From a virus (taxonomy: Duplodnaviria; Caudoviricetes), in the IMG/VR virus record IMGVR_UViG_3300028197_001183, positions 1-64,000 of that record: DNA of 64,000 nucleotides. The stretch is one strand, 5' to 3'. The notes beneath the pieces are model-generated. The model searched no databases. It saw nothing but the letters and a program-made list of their open reading frames with translations, and was not told the origin of the DNA. Positions 1 through 9,593 of the stretch are shown in pieces. How positions within the stretch are numbered: the stretch's first letter is position 1; each line of letters starts with the position of its first letter. Position numbers and translations under genes: made by a program.

Positions 1-420
1 CATTTTGTATGAGTCGTCGGTAGTAATTTTGATTGGTCCCTGCTCAAGACGAATAGTCTGTGCAGGTGCAGTCTGTGCTGCTTTCTCAATCAATCTTTCC
101 ATCTGGTCTTTGGTAATTCCACCACCACTACCACCACCTTCTCCAGCTTTCTTTGCTGCCTGAACACCAAAAGTAGCCAGCACCCCAGTAAAGACGCTGG
201 CTATGAAAGTAGGATCTAGTTTTTGCTCTGGGATTCCAAGAGCAGGGGGGAGTTTGATATATGCCAGGGTGAGTATTCCACCACTCCAAACAAGGATACC
301 AAGCCTAACAAAAGTAGACAGAATAGCAAGTTGCTCTTCTTTGTCATCAGCTGCTTCTTTGATTTTACCTAGGAGACCTTTCTTTTTAGGTTCCACCTTG
401 GGTGTGGTTTCTTGTGACAT
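1..420 (-). CDS. Hypothetical membrane protein with two hydrophobic segments; 3' end runs off the window
   Basis: Not in the ORF track. My translation from ATG at 420 (TAATG overlap with the regA stop) is MSQETTPKVEPKKKGLLGKIKEAADDKEEQLAILSTFVRLGILVWSGGILTLAYIKLPPALGIPEQKLDPTFIASVFTGVLATFGVQAAKK..., open to position 1. Confidence 0.75.
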   Translation of the reverse strand, partial: MSQETTPKVEPKKKGLLGKIKEAADDKEEQLAILSTFVRLGILVWSGGILTLAYIKLPPALGIPEQKLDPTFIASVFTGVLATFGVQAAKKAGEGGGSGGGITKDQMERLIEKAAQTAPAQTIRLEQGPIKITTDDSYKM

Positions 421-842
421 TAGGATTCAACTGGTTGTTTTTTCTTCCCAATATTATATTTAGACTCTAGAGTCCATTCACCTTTATCCTTAAAGGACAA
501 AACTTTGATTTGGTTAAGGGGAGCAAGCTCTCCTACCTCGTCATCACGAGCAATGTCAATCAGACCCCAGTCTGATAACAGTTTCGCAATGCGACTTCTA
601 CGTTCGATATCATTCGTAGTGATGTTTGTTGGCTTACCATCCAACGCAAACAACTCCTTGAAGTGTACGACGTAATACTTACCACGTTTGTGGAGAATGT
701 GACAAGACTGATATAGTTTGCGCTCTTTCCTAGACGCAACACCAATACGGGTGAGGGTTTCTCTTACCTTGAGAAAATCGTCGGGTTCTTTAAGCGTCAC
801 TTCTAACATCATGTCTTGAGACCATTGGATCTCATCGCTCAT
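420..842 (-). CDS. regA: Translational repressor RegA
   Basis: Motifs DDFLKVRETLTRIG, QSCHILHKRGKYYVVHFKELF; canonical position after gp62. Confidence 0.97.
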   Translation of the reverse strand: MSDEIQWSQDMMLEVTLKEPDDFLKVRETLTRIGVASRKERKLYQSCHILHKRGKYYVVHFKELFALDGKPTNITTNDIERRSRIAKLLSDWGLIDIARDDEVGELAPLNQIKVLSFKDKGEWTLESKYNIGKKKQPVES

Positions 843-1231
843 TTCTTACCTCCAGTATTCAATTTAGATGCAATAATTTTTAGCTGGTCCTGGGTTAGAA
901 TCTTTAGTGCCGCTTGTGCTTTCTCAGTGTTGTAACCATAGTATTTTTTAACTAGGTCAAGATCACTGTCTTTTATCTTCTTGTCCCACGGGGAGAATCT
1001 CTTGGATTTCCTAACACTATATAGGAAATATTGATATTGTAAGTCACTGTCTAAATTCTGACATGCATTCATCTCATTAGCGTGCATCAACGTGTCGATG
1101 TGATGCATCATACACTTATTAATAACGTATGCTGGATACTTCTTCATGGCAATAGGATCCTCTGAGAGATCGCCTTGCTTCAGATTGATACTGTTAAGGT
1201 AGTCCTTAAGAGGGATGTCATACTGTGCCAT
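839..1231 (-). CDS. g62: Clamp loader small subunit gp62
   Basis: YLNSIN...ANEMN...KRFSPW...VKKYYGYN pattern; lies immediately upstream of regA. Confidence 0.93.
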   Translation of the reverse strand: MAQYDIPLKDYLNSINLKQGDLSEDPIAMKKYPAYVINKCMMHHIDTLMHANEMNACQNLDSDLQYQYFLYSVRKSKRFSPWDKKIKDSDLDLVKKYYGYNTEKAQAALKILTQDQLKIIASKLNTGGKK

Positions 1232-2060
1232 AGAGAGATGCTAAAGGGGTGGATTCAACAAAGTTAGTAACTAACAATTCAGTCTTGAGTTTATTGTCTG
1301 GACGATGCTTCATACCATAGGTAATACGAAACTCTTCTTGATGATAGTTAGTATATGCTTCTTTCAACTCATCGTCAACATTGTATGTCACCAACCAGTT
1401 ATGAGGACATACCTTACAGTCTTCTACAAACTTTGTGTGATCAAAATTCTTATGCATCTCAGCATTAGTGCCATACAAATACGTCTTGATTTTGTATGGA
1501 GGATCTAGGAAGATGAATACATCTTTGTCACCCCCACTCATTATGACTTCTTCATAATCTAGGTTAGTGATACGCCAGTGCTGAATGATCTGAGAGATAT
1601 TCTTCAGATGATTAGCACCACGGGTAGTAAAGTTTTGGTTAGATGCAGTCTTAGAGAAGGAAGAGTTCTCAGTCAACCCGCTATAACTGCACTTATTAAG
1701 AATCCAAAAAAGCTGAGCTTGACGAAAAATGTCTGCCTTGGAAATCTCTGCCTTAGCAGAGATAAACAACTCCTTTGCTTTCTCTTCGGTACTATGCTCA
1801 GTTTTAATCTGGTAGAGTGTTTCAGATAACTCATCCCCACGATCCTGTAACATCTTCCAGAAACTGTAGAGATATTCATACTTATCATTAATCCATACGG
1901 GAGTGTCAGGATACTTTTGAGTGAAGAGAAGTGCAAGACTTGCTCCACCCACAAAGGGCTCACGAAATTCTGAGATGTTAGTTGGAAACTTCTCGATTAA
2001 ACTCTTTGCTACCCGTGATTTTCCACCAGGATAGCGTAGTGGAGTTTTCAAATACTTCAT
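1218..2060 (-). CDS. dam: N6-adenine DNA methyltransferase (Dam/D12 class)
   Basis: LRYPGGKS, EPFVGG (SAM binding) and FLDPPY (catalytic motif IV). Target specificity cannot be read from the sequence. Confidence 0.9.
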   Translation of the reverse strand: MKYLKTPLRYPGGKSRVAKSLIEKFPTNISEFREPFVGGASLALLFTQKYPDTPVWINDKYEYLYSFWKMLQDRGDELSETLYQIKTEHSTEEKAKELFISAKAEISKADIFRQAQLFWILNKCSYSGLTENSSFSKTASNQNFTTRGANHLKNISQIIQHWRITNLDYEEVIMSGGDKDVFIFLDPPYKIKTYLYGTNAEMHKNFDHTKFVEDCKVCPHNWLVTYNVDDELKEAYTNYHQEEFRITYGMKHRPDNKLKTELLVTNFVESTPLASLYGTV

Positions 2061-2701
2061 TCTATAGAAACCTTTAATTGTGGCATTTCATATGGACCCA
2101 CATTAATGTTACCACAGGGGAATACATTAAATGAAATAGTCCAACGGTCATAATTATCTAGTTGACGACCTGAGTAGTGTCGCAACCAGGAGGGGAAGAG
2201 AATAAGTTTATTCTCCTGTGCATCAAATTTTTCATTGATGCCCCATGCACGATCCATCATATCACCTTGGAAAACATCTAGTGTGTCATATGTGCGAGGT
2301 GTAACAGGATCGTCAAAGAAGGTAGGAGCACCTGGAGTGAGGTAATAGACAGCACTCAGATAAGACATCGGATGCCTATGTAAGGGGTGCCCTACGCCAC
2401 TCCCAGCAGGTGCATGGTTAAACCACATGGAAGAGATCTCTAGAGCATCACAGTAGAGTTTGTAGGCGTACCTATACTCTGCCAGACAGTCCCAGAAAAA
2501 TTGTCTCAACTGTGTGATAGGACCCTCTTCAATCTTATGGAGATCAGGACGTGATGTAATGACACCTTCAGGAAAGTTTGACTGATGAGCAGGAAACCCG
2601 TCCATGGATTCAATCACACGTTGGTTGAGAGTCTCATCAGGTTGTTGATATGTCCTGCATACCACAGGAAACATATGTAATTCAGTCCCTTGCATAGTCA
2701 T
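2057..2701 (-). CDS. Putative 2OG-Fe(II) oxygenase (TIGR02466-like, HxH...H triad)
   Basis: WFN...HPLHRHPMSYLSAVYYL...LILFPSWLRH...RWTISFN. Confidence 0.85.
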   Translation of the reverse strand: MTMQGTELHMFPVVCRTYQQPDETLNQRVIESMDGFPAHQSNFPEGVITSRPDLHKIEEGPITQLRQFFWDCLAEYRYAYKLYCDALEISSMWFNHAPAGSGVGHPLHRHPMSYLSAVYYLTPGAPTFFDDPVTPRTYDTLDVFQGDMMDRAWGINEKFDAQENKLILFPSWLRHYSGRQLDNYDRWTISFNVFPCGNINVGPYEMPQLKVSIE

Positions 2702-3347
2702 TAAGATTCAATGGTCCAAGATTATCATTCCAGGATTCTACTTTAACCTTACTCATAGGTTTACCAAACCCACCAGTATTAATACCACCATTAGGATAGG
2801 TGTTAAAGGCAATAGAATACCTATCAACATCATCATGATTTGGTAGACTAGCATGGATCATATAACTAGGAAATATAATCAACCCACCAGCACCACCATG
2901 ATATGCCAACTCCATCCCAATCTTTCCATCTAGGTGGAAAGATCCCCACTCTCTCTGGAAGAGAGGGTCCACAAAGATTGTAGGAGCACCTGGAGTGAGG
3001 TAGAAGATGCCACTGTAGTAGGACATAGGATGCCTGTGTGCATCATGATGATGACCAGACTTTGCTAGGGACCTATTTGACCATGCTTTGTTGACTGCCA
3101 GACGATCACAATCAAGACCCGTATCAACATGCACAGTGTCTATACATGTTTGAAACCAAGACATGAGTGGTTTGAATACTTCCATACGATGAATATCGTC
3201 ACTGGTTTTAACACCAGTAGGTTCGTTGTATGCTTGATACACCAGATCTTTTGCAAGACCTAGAGTATCATCAATCATAAGTTGATCACAACGAAACTCA
3301 AAACATTGAATAGGAAATAAGTTAAGTGGTTCGTAGTTTTGTCTCAC
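2682..3347 (-). CDS. Putative 2OG-Fe(II) oxygenase (TIGR02466-like), paralogue of the adjacent gene
   Basis: WSN...HDAHRHPMSYYSGIFYL...LIIFPSYMIH...RYSIAFN. Confidence 0.85.
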   Translation of the reverse strand: MRQNYEPLNLFPIQCFEFRCDQLMIDDTLGLAKDLVYQAYNEPTGVKTSDDIHRMEVFKPLMSWFQTCIDTVHVDTGLDCDRLAVNKAWSNRSLAKSGHHHDAHRHPMSYYSGIFYLTPGAPTIFVDPLFQREWGSFHLDGKIGMELAYHGGAGGLIIFPSYMIHASLPNHDDVDRYSIAFNTYPNGGINTGGFGKPMSKVKVESWNDNLGPLNLNDYARD

Positions 3348-3544
3348 ATGTAGCCCTCATATGGATTTGGTTTGACTTCAAGCATCACACCGTTAACCTT
3401 ATTAATTAGGTCTTCCAAAGAGTAATGCAACTTACGGTATCCACTACCAACATAGATCTGACCTAGCAGCACAGAGACAGTAGCAACTCCCCAGAAGATA
3501 TAATAAAATTTAGATTTAACCTGTGCTCTTCTCTTTTCAATCAT
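3344..3544 (-). CDS. Small hypothetical membrane protein
   Basis: One hydrophobic stretch (FYYIFWGVATVSVLLGQIYVG); start and stop overlap both neighbours. Confidence 0.7.
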   Translation of the reverse strand: MIEKRRAQVKSKFYYIFWGVATVSVLLGQIYVGSGYRKLHYSLEDLINKVNGVMLEVKPNPYEGYM

Positions 3545-3834
3545 TACATCACAAGTCTTTTACTAGGTGTTTCAATGATACTAAACATTTGCTCAAACTG
3601 TTTGACCACTGGCTCTTGAGTGTCAAGAGGACCGAATACAATGTAGTCTTTGGGGACAGTCACAGGTGCGTCACGTCCATTCAGAAGTGGTGCCCAAGGA
3701 GCAAACCCCAGTCTACCTTCTCCACTAGGAATAGCGACAATAGGGTTACAGAAGGTGAGACTATCTTCAGTCTCTTCGATCAGGTCTGCAACGACATCTT
3801 CGCCAGACCGCATACGGAATACTTTTACATTCAT
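3544..3834 (-). CDS. Hypothetical protein, possibly Sm-like fold
   Basis: MNVKVFRMRSGEDVVA...GFAPWAP; ATGA-coupled to gp44. Confidence 0.7.
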   Translation of the reverse strand: MNVKVFRMRSGEDVVADLIEETEDSLTFCNPIVAIPSGEGRLGFAPWAPLLNGRDAPVTVPKDYIVFGPLDTQEPVVKQFEQMFSIIETPSKRLVM

Positions 3835-4778
3835 TTGAATTCACATCTCATCATTAATTCGGTCAGGAATGCCACCATGTTGATCTCTTGGTCAACAACG
3901 AAAGCAGACTTATACTGATACTCAGAGATGACCAGCACTGCTTCAGGAATTGACTTTGGTTGGACATGGATGTAGAGGTTATCATAGATTTTTCTCATTA
4001 TAGAATGGGGCTCGTTGTCCATATTCTGAGTTACCCACTTCTTCATGTTGGTAAACTCTTTTGTGCGAATATATCCCACGAGGTTGGTAATGTTGATGTC
4101 ATTAGAGACACCAAGGATACCTGTATCAATTTTCCCAGAAGAGGAATACCGTTGCAACTCATTGAGTGTGCGACGGAAGTCTGGAAAATATTTCTGGACC
4201 ACCTCAGCGACAACCTTTGGCTCATAGTTGACGCCTTCACTATCTAGGATAGTTTTCACACGGTTGAAAAATGCACCTGCTAATGCCTGCTTATCTTTAC
4301 CCTTGAGGGCGAAGTCAACAACAGAGCATCGTGAGTGTAGGGGAGAGATGATCTTATTCTTGTAGTTACAAGTAAAGATAAATCTACAATTCCCCTGAAA
4401 CTCTTCGATGCAAGCACGGAGAAGCATCTGCACATCAGGTGTGGTGTTATCTGCCTCATCAATAATGATGACCTTATGCTTAGCAGTAGAGGTCAAAGAG
4501 ACTGTAGAAGCATACACTTTTGCCTGGTTACGTACGGTATCGAGGAAACGACCTTCGTCAGATCCGTTGATAACCAGACAGTCAGCACCTAACTCCCTAC
4601 ACAGTGCCTTAGCGATAGTAGTTTTACCAACACCAGCAGACCCTGAGAGTAAGAGATTAGGGATCTCACCCTGATCCAGGAAACCTTGAAAGATTTCTTT
4701 AGTGCTTCCTGGTAGAATGCAGTCTCCAATAGTCTGAGGACGATATTTCTCTACCCAAAGAAACAGTTTGTTACTCAT
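3831..4778 (-). CDS. g44: Clamp loader large subunit gp44 (AAA+)
   Basis: LWVEKYRP, Walker A GSAGVGKTT, IIIDEAD and SRC motifs. Confidence 0.97.
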   Translation of the reverse strand: MSNKLFLWVEKYRPQTIGDCILPGSTKEIFQGFLDQGEIPNLLLSGSAGVGKTTIAKALCRELGADCLVINGSDEGRFLDTVRNQAKVYASTVSLTSTAKHKVIIIDEADNTTPDVQMLLRACIEEFQGNCRFIFTCNYKNKIISPLHSRCSVVDFALKGKDKQALAGAFFNRVKTILDSEGVNYEPKVVAEVVQKYFPDFRRTLNELQRYSSSGKIDTGILGVSNDINITNLVGYIRTKEFTNMKKWVTQNMDNEPHSIMRKIYDNLYIHVQPKSIPEAVLVISEYQYKSAFVVDQEINMVAFLTELMMRCEFK

Positions 4779-5497
4779 TTGTTAGGCTCTAGTGCGATGA
4801 AGTAGTTGAGGGATGAGCTGGAGAGACTGGTGAAGTTGGCAATGTTACGTCGTGAGAGCGTTACATGATAACTACCAGGGAGCAGTTTCAGATTCTCAAC
4901 CTTGAAACAATAGCAAAACGTAAGACGCTCAACTGTCATATTACCTGGGTCGCTGAAGGTTGGTTTCTTCAGTGGCAGGGAGAAGACATTAGAAGTGTCA
5001 TTCTTTTTGTCCTTTACACAGATACTATACTCACCTTCAAATCCATAGATGCAGAGATCTTCCACACCATAGACTTTGGATGCCTGCATCAGTTGCTCTA
5101 GATCCATCTGTGGCAGGTCAAAGAATAACTCAGTCTCAGGGAGGTTAGGATTAAACTCAGGGACTTTGCCGATGATGTCGGGATCACTGTAGTAGAAGGT
5201 AGTCTTACCCTTAGTGTCCTCGTCGTAGATCACAACCTTCTTGCTATCAGGGTAGAAGAGAGTGGGAGACTTGAAGAGGGACAAAGCACCGAGGAAGAGA
5301 GGCAGATCATAGATTGCCATCTGCTCAGGGATTCCCTCACGGATATCGCTTGCAGCGATGATATTCTTATTGACTGACATCGTTTCAACAAACTTACCAG
5401 GCTCAATAAGAATAGATTTGTTAATACCACTGAAGTTACGGAGTAAATCAATGGTTTGCTTACTCAGTTTAACAGTTTGTCTTGCTTCGGCTTGCAT
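4775..5497 (-). CDS. g45: Sliding clamp gp45
   Basis: KLSKQTIDLLRNFSGINKSI...FKVENLKLLPGSY...YFIALE; directly upstream of gp44. Confidence 0.93.
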   Translation of the reverse strand: MQAEARQTVKLSKQTIDLLRNFSGINKSILIEPGKFVETMSVNKNIIAASDIREGIPEQMAIYDLPLFLGALSLFKSPTLFYPDSKKVVIYDEDTKGKTTFYYSDPDIIGKVPEFNPNLPETELFFDLPQMDLEQLMQASKVYGVEDLCIYGFEGEYSICVKDKKNDTSNVFSLPLKKPTFSDPGNMTVERLTFCYCFKVENLKLLPGSYHVTLSRRNIANFTSLSSSSLNYFIALEPNK

Positions 5498-5499
5498 AA

Positions 5500-5787
5500 T
5501 TACTGGGGGTAAGTTTCGGTTGTTGTAGACTGGTCGCTGAAGTGAATCAGCAACACAGCATAGTGTAGCACTTTCATAAGGTCACGTCTAGCAGTGCCTT
5601 TCTTGTCATAGCGAGAAGCGTACTTTAGGATGTTACTCCTACAGAATGCCTCAGCGTCACCACAAGCATTGATGAGATCAAGGGTCTGGATACCTTCGGC
5701 ACCACTGGAATAGTGTTGCCGATAGGTGCCAATGATATAGTCTTTCAACTCCTTGATGATCTCTTCTTCGTTATACTTGTTTGCCAT
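5500..5787 (-). CDS. Hypothetical protein, DUF3310/SaV-like
   Basis: QHYS...FCRSNILKYASRYDKKG...DLMKVLHYA resembles the DUF3310 NxxKYxxRxxxK...DLxK signature. Confidence 0.7.
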   Translation of the reverse strand: MANKYNEEEIIKELKDYIIGTYRQHYSSGAEGIQTLDLINACGDAEAFCRSNILKYASRYDKKGTARRDLMKVLHYAVLLIHFSDQSTTTETYPQ

Positions 5788-5809
5788 AATATACGGAGGT
5801 TATCTATAA

Positions 5810-5838
5810 AGGATATCAGAGATTGAGAGGATTGTCAA
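5810..5838 (-). promoter_or_regulatory. Sigma70-type promoter for the clamp/clamp-loader operon
   Basis: TTGACA-17 nt-TATCCT on the minus strand, overlapping the end of the CobS-like gene. Confidence 0.7.
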
Positions 5839-6898
5839 CAGAGATGTCAACGTCGGCATCAATCTTATCATACAACTCAATGAATGACTGCTTAGTCTCG
5901 TCATCAAAACGGTTGAGACATACCTTGATTGCCTTCACACGGTCAGAGAAGATACTGTATGCACGGATAATGTGGACAAGACGACGGGTAGAGATTACCT
6001 CATCAACACCACCATCCTTGAAAGTCTTACGGATGATGTCTGCCCAAGAAACAAGATTCTTGATGAAGTCATCATCGCAACAATCCAACTCGGTGCAGTA
6101 GTTGTGGAGCATCTTAATCTCAAGAGCAGGAGCAGGATAGTCTTGCTCAAAGGTCACAGGGAAACGCTCAAGGAATGCTTCATTGAGTACGTTAGTGCCG
6201 ATGAAACGACCGTCATCGCTACCTTTACCTTTAGTATTGGCAGTAGCAAAGATGTTGAAACCAGGAGCAGGTGTGACCTGACGACCAATCTTCTTAAGGA
6301 AGACACCCTTACCTTCTAGGACGGATTGCAGGCAGAGGATTTTGTTGGATGCGAGATCGATCTCGTCAAGTAGGAGCACTGCTCCACGCTCAAGTGCTTC
6401 AATAACTGGTCCATTGTGCCATACAGTGTTACCATCGACAAGACGGAAACCGCCAATAAGATCGTCTTCATCAGTTTCTACAGTAATGTTTACACGAATT
6501 AATTCACGCCCAAGAGCAGCACATGCTTGATCAACACCAAGGGTCTTACCGTTACCAGAGAGTCCCGTGATGAATGTGGGGTAGAAGATCTTAGACTTGA
6601 TGATCTTCTTAAGGTCAGTAGCGTTGCCGAAGGGCACATAGTTAGCATCCTTAGGGGGAATAAGTGATTCACTCTGCTTTACAACAGTCTCAAGTTGTTG
6701 CTTGATTTCTTGCACAGACAGATTCCACTTACCAATACCTGCTTTGTAGTCAATGAGACGCTTCTTGACAGTGGCAAAGGAGCAAGAGAAGTACTCAGCA
6801 GCACCCAACAATTCCGTAGTACCGACGCGCTCGCCATGCTTGCTTTGGAGATATTCAACGATTTGATCAGTGGTCACGGGGTGTTGGGCGAAAGTCAT
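5816..6898 (-). CDS. cobS: CobS-like/MoxR-family AAA+ ATPase
   Basis: Walker A GLSGNGKT, DLIGG, LLLDEID, ATANTKG, NEAFLERF. Confidence 0.9.
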   Translation of the reverse strand: MTFAQHPVTTDQIVEYLQSKHGERVGTTELLGAAEYFSCSFATVKKRLIDYKAGIGKWNLSVQEIKQQLETVVKQSESLIPPKDANYVPFGNATDLKKIIKSKIFYPTFITGLSGNGKTLGVDQACAALGRELIRVNITVETDEDDLIGGFRLVDGNTVWHNGPVIEALERGAVLLLDEIDLASNKILCLQSVLEGKGVFLKKIGRQVTPAPGFNIFATANTKGKGSDDGRFIGTNVLNEAFLERFPVTFEQDYPAPALEIKMLHNYCTELDCCDDDFIKNLVSWADIIRKTFKDGGVDEVISTRRLVHIIRAYSIFSDRVKAIKVCLNRFDDETKQSFIELYDKIDADVDISVDNPLNL

Positions 6899-6923
6899 GT
6901 GTTTCTTTGTTGTGTATACAGTT

Positions 6924-6981
6924 ATTATACACAGGCAGGAGTGGAGTAGTAGTCCACCCAGGACGGTTTGTGAGCTGGCAC
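6924..6981 (-). promoter_or_regulatory. Early-type promoter: 21-bp quasi-palindromic box 31 nt upstream of TATAAT
   Basis: Minus strand GTGCCAGCTCACAAACCGTCC-N31-TATAAT-aactgtatacacaacaaagaaac-ATG(cobS); a matching element lies at 9594-9650. Confidence 0.65.
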
Positions 6982-7461
6982 ACGCAGGTAGTTATTTGCT
7001 ACCCATGGTTTGCTTGCCACATACCGTTGGTATGCTTCGATAGTAGAGATACTGTCGTCAAACTTCCACTCGTCAGGCATAGCGCGAGCGAATGGAGTGT
7101 GGTCATCAGGACAACCATGTTGATACGTGAGTGCAGCAACAAAGATTGATGATTGACAGGCATGTCTTTTACCGTATCTATATGTATATTCTTCACATAG
7201 AGAAATGCCATGCTGCATCAACCACTGAATATTATGATCAGACTCTGCCACCCACTTAGTGCAAGGATGATTACGAAATGCACCCTTCTCTGTAGCGTAA
7301 GGAGTCCCATCTTTCTTCAGGACAGGACCCTCATTGAGATACCACTTACTGAATACAATAGCGAGCATCTGACAACACTCTAGTGGCATCTTGACGATGT
7401 GTTTGTCTGGCAGACAAGTTGCTGCCAGGGTTGGATCATCATCTACTGCAAAGATATTCAT
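6925..7461 (-). CDS. Pyrimidine-dimer DNA glycosylase-like protein (DenV-related family)
   Basis: MNIF...DKHIVKMPLECCQML...NHPCTKW...LCEEYTYRYGKRH...FARAMPDEWK. Confidence 0.75.
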   Translation of the reverse strand: MNIFAVDDDPTLAATCLPDKHIVKMPLECCQMLAIVFSKWYLNEGPVLKKDGTPYATEKGAFRNHPCTKWVAESDHNIQWLMQHGISLCEEYTYRYGKRHACQSSIFVAALTYQHGCPDDHTPFARAMPDEWKFDDSISTIEAYQRYVASKPWVANNYLRVPAHKPSWVDYYSTPACV

Positions 7462-9572
7462 GCAATTTGGTTGATAAAGGACGAGAGGATCTTCTTGTTG
7501 TTGGACTTTGCCTTAAGGGTCTTCTTGAAGGCACGAGTAATCTGTGCCTTGGATGCATCCTCATCTACATCAAACTCTACCTCTTCATTTAACTTGTTAC
7601 TTTGAATTAGAAACAATTCTTGATAACCCATCATTGGGGCAGAGGTTGACTTAAACTTCTTGAATACATCAGTAGCATTCCTCCTCTGTAGTTGAGTAAG
7701 ATCGTTGAAGTTTTGGATGATGTAATTGATATCACGAGTGCTACCAAGACGGAAACCAGTGAAGTTACACTGTGGGAAACGACCCTTCATGTAACGTAAG
7801 AGAGTTTCAGTCATGTAGTTACCCCACTTTGGTGAGTTGTAGGTGCGACCTGTCTTGCGACAACGAATAGCAGATTGTGCAGGCATTGCAGAGCGATGGA
7901 TCTTATCATCATAGGCAGACCTGATCCAGCATCCAGACCAGTTGCTCTCACCATCAGACAAGATAGTGACGTGACACTTTTCAACACCATATTTGGCAGT
8001 AAATACAGGAATCAGAGTCTGGAGACACACGATTGCCTCATTTAGAGGGGTGCCACCAAGCATAAGGTGAGGGGGAATGCAATCAGGGACAGGGCGAGAT
8101 TGGAATGGATTGCGGTTACCATAGCGTTGCTCATACATCTGAGACACACGGTAAAGATCCCTGGCATAGCGATCAAAAACACTGTTACTAAGGTCTCCAT
8201 TGAGTAATTCTATAAGGTGGAAGTGCTTAGCAACATATAAAGTATTCTCCTTACCAAAAGACTCTTCATAGTCACGAAACTCAGCGTATGATGCATCAGT
8301 TACAAAGGCATATACACTGAATGGGATACCAGACTTGCGACAGAAGAAGCACAGTGACAACAGTTGCCTGAATGTATCATGAATAATTTCTGCCATAGAT
8401 CCAGACCAGTCAACAAGGAAGATCAAACCATGATTCTTACCATCAGGACGGACTGTGACCTTCTTAAAGAGGTCTTCGTTGTAAAGATACTGATGGAGTT
8501 TAGCAGTGTCAAGTACACCAGTCTTAGAGATAGACTCGCGAGCATGTGCTGCTGCAGACTTCTTCATCTCAAACTCTTTCTGAAGATATGACACCTCACG
8601 GGTGCAATCTCTCTTAAAAGTGTTGTAATTTTGGTCTGCAACACTCCAGTCAAGACCTGTCGATGGAGTGAGAGGATGCTTCCACTCAGACCAGTATGTC
8701 TGTGCCATGTCATTGATCATCTTAGGGTCAATAACGACGTGATTAATGTCAACATTAGGAATCTCAAAATACCTAGTCTCAGAGTTAGTATTTTCAGTTG
8801 CAATGTCTTGCAGTGCTTCCTCAAGAGACTCATCAGTCATTGCCTCTTCACCACCATTACGGTTGAATGAGGGTGTTTCAAGGTCTGCATCTTGCTCACC
8901 TTCACTATCACCTTCTTGCTCCTCATCACCATCTCCAGAAGAAGGTCTCTCATCTTGTGATTCCTGCTGGTCGCTACCACCACCAGAATTGTTGTCTACA
9001 TCAGTGATATCATCAATTTTTTGCTGATCTGCTTCTGCTTTTTCAAACTCTTTGATAGCGACAGCAGCATCGATAGCGTCTTGGAAAGACTCTGCCTCAC
9101 CAACTGCATCGCGAAGAGGAATCTCTTCAGCAGAGAAGGGCATAAAGGCATTTGCACCCAATTTATAGTAAAGATTGATACGGTCAATCAGTTTGAGTGA
9201 GTTGGTGTTGATCTCCTTGACGCTGAAGAAATCATCTTCATGAAGTTGCTTGTATCCACCATAGAAATCCTTGGAAATACCTGCAAATTTGCGTTTCATT
9301 AGTTTCTCAATGCGAGCATCCTCAGTCACATTGACATAAGACTTGGGGCAAGGAAGTTTGTCTAGAATGTCACCGTCTGGGGTGAAGAGAGCGTGACCCA
9401 CTTCATGCGCTACCAGCAGATTGAAGACAATTTCCTTAGCATTCCAGATAGGGAGGGTCAAGACTCGCCTATGCACATCAAAGGATGCTGTGCTGACTGC
9501 CCTGTGCTCTACAACTAGGTTTTCAGTGGCGAGTAGTTTGGCGAGAGTGCCTTTGACTTCTTGTACGGTCAT
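7458..9572 (-). CDS. HExxH metallopeptidase-like N-terminal domain, acidic linker and VWA domain (CobT-like partner of the AAA+ ATPase)
   Basis: AHEVGH and EDARIE; acidic linker; MIDAS-type DWSGSM...GGTPL...SDGE. I moved the start to ATG 9572 because the longer GTG start lies upstream of the -10 box. Confidence 0.85.
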   Translation of the reverse strand: MTVQEVKGTLAKLLATENLVVEHRAVSTASFDVHRRVLTLPIWNAKEIVFNLLVAHEVGHALFTPDGDILDKLPCPKSYVNVTEDARIEKLMKRKFAGISKDFYGGYKQLHEDDFFSVKEINTNSLKLIDRINLYYKLGANAFMPFSAEEIPLRDAVGEAESFQDAIDAAVAIKEFEKAEADQQKIDDITDVDNNSGGGSDQQESQDERPSSGDGDEEQEGDSEGEQDADLETPSFNRNGGEEAMTDESLEEALQDIATENTNSETRYFEIPNVDINHVVIDPKMINDMAQTYWSEWKHPLTPSTGLDWSVADQNYNTFKRDCTREVSYLQKEFEMKKSAAAHARESISKTGVLDTAKLHQYLYNEDLFKKVTVRPDGKNHGLIFLVDWSGSMAEIIHDTFRQLLSLCFFCRKSGIPFSVYAFVTDASYAEFRDYEESFGKENTLYVAKHFHLIELLNGDLSNSVFDRYARDLYRVSQMYEQRYGNRNPFQSRPVPDCIPPHLMLGGTPLNEAIVCLQTLIPVFTAKYGVEKCHVTILSDGESNWSGCWIRSAYDDKIHRSAMPAQSAIRCRKTGRTYNSPKWGNYMTETLLRYMKGRFPQCNFTGFRLGSTRDINYIIQNFNDLTQLQRRNATDVFKKFKSTSAPMMGYQELFLIQSNKLNEEVEFDVDEDASKAQITRAFKKTLKAKSNNKKILSSFINQIA

Positions 9573-9593
9573 GCTTTCTTTGTGTATGAATCT

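Noticed and set aside
5816-6898. Cobalamin biosynthesis role for cobS
   Set aside because: No cobN or other cob genes are present, and the neighbouring VWA-peptidase points to another function.
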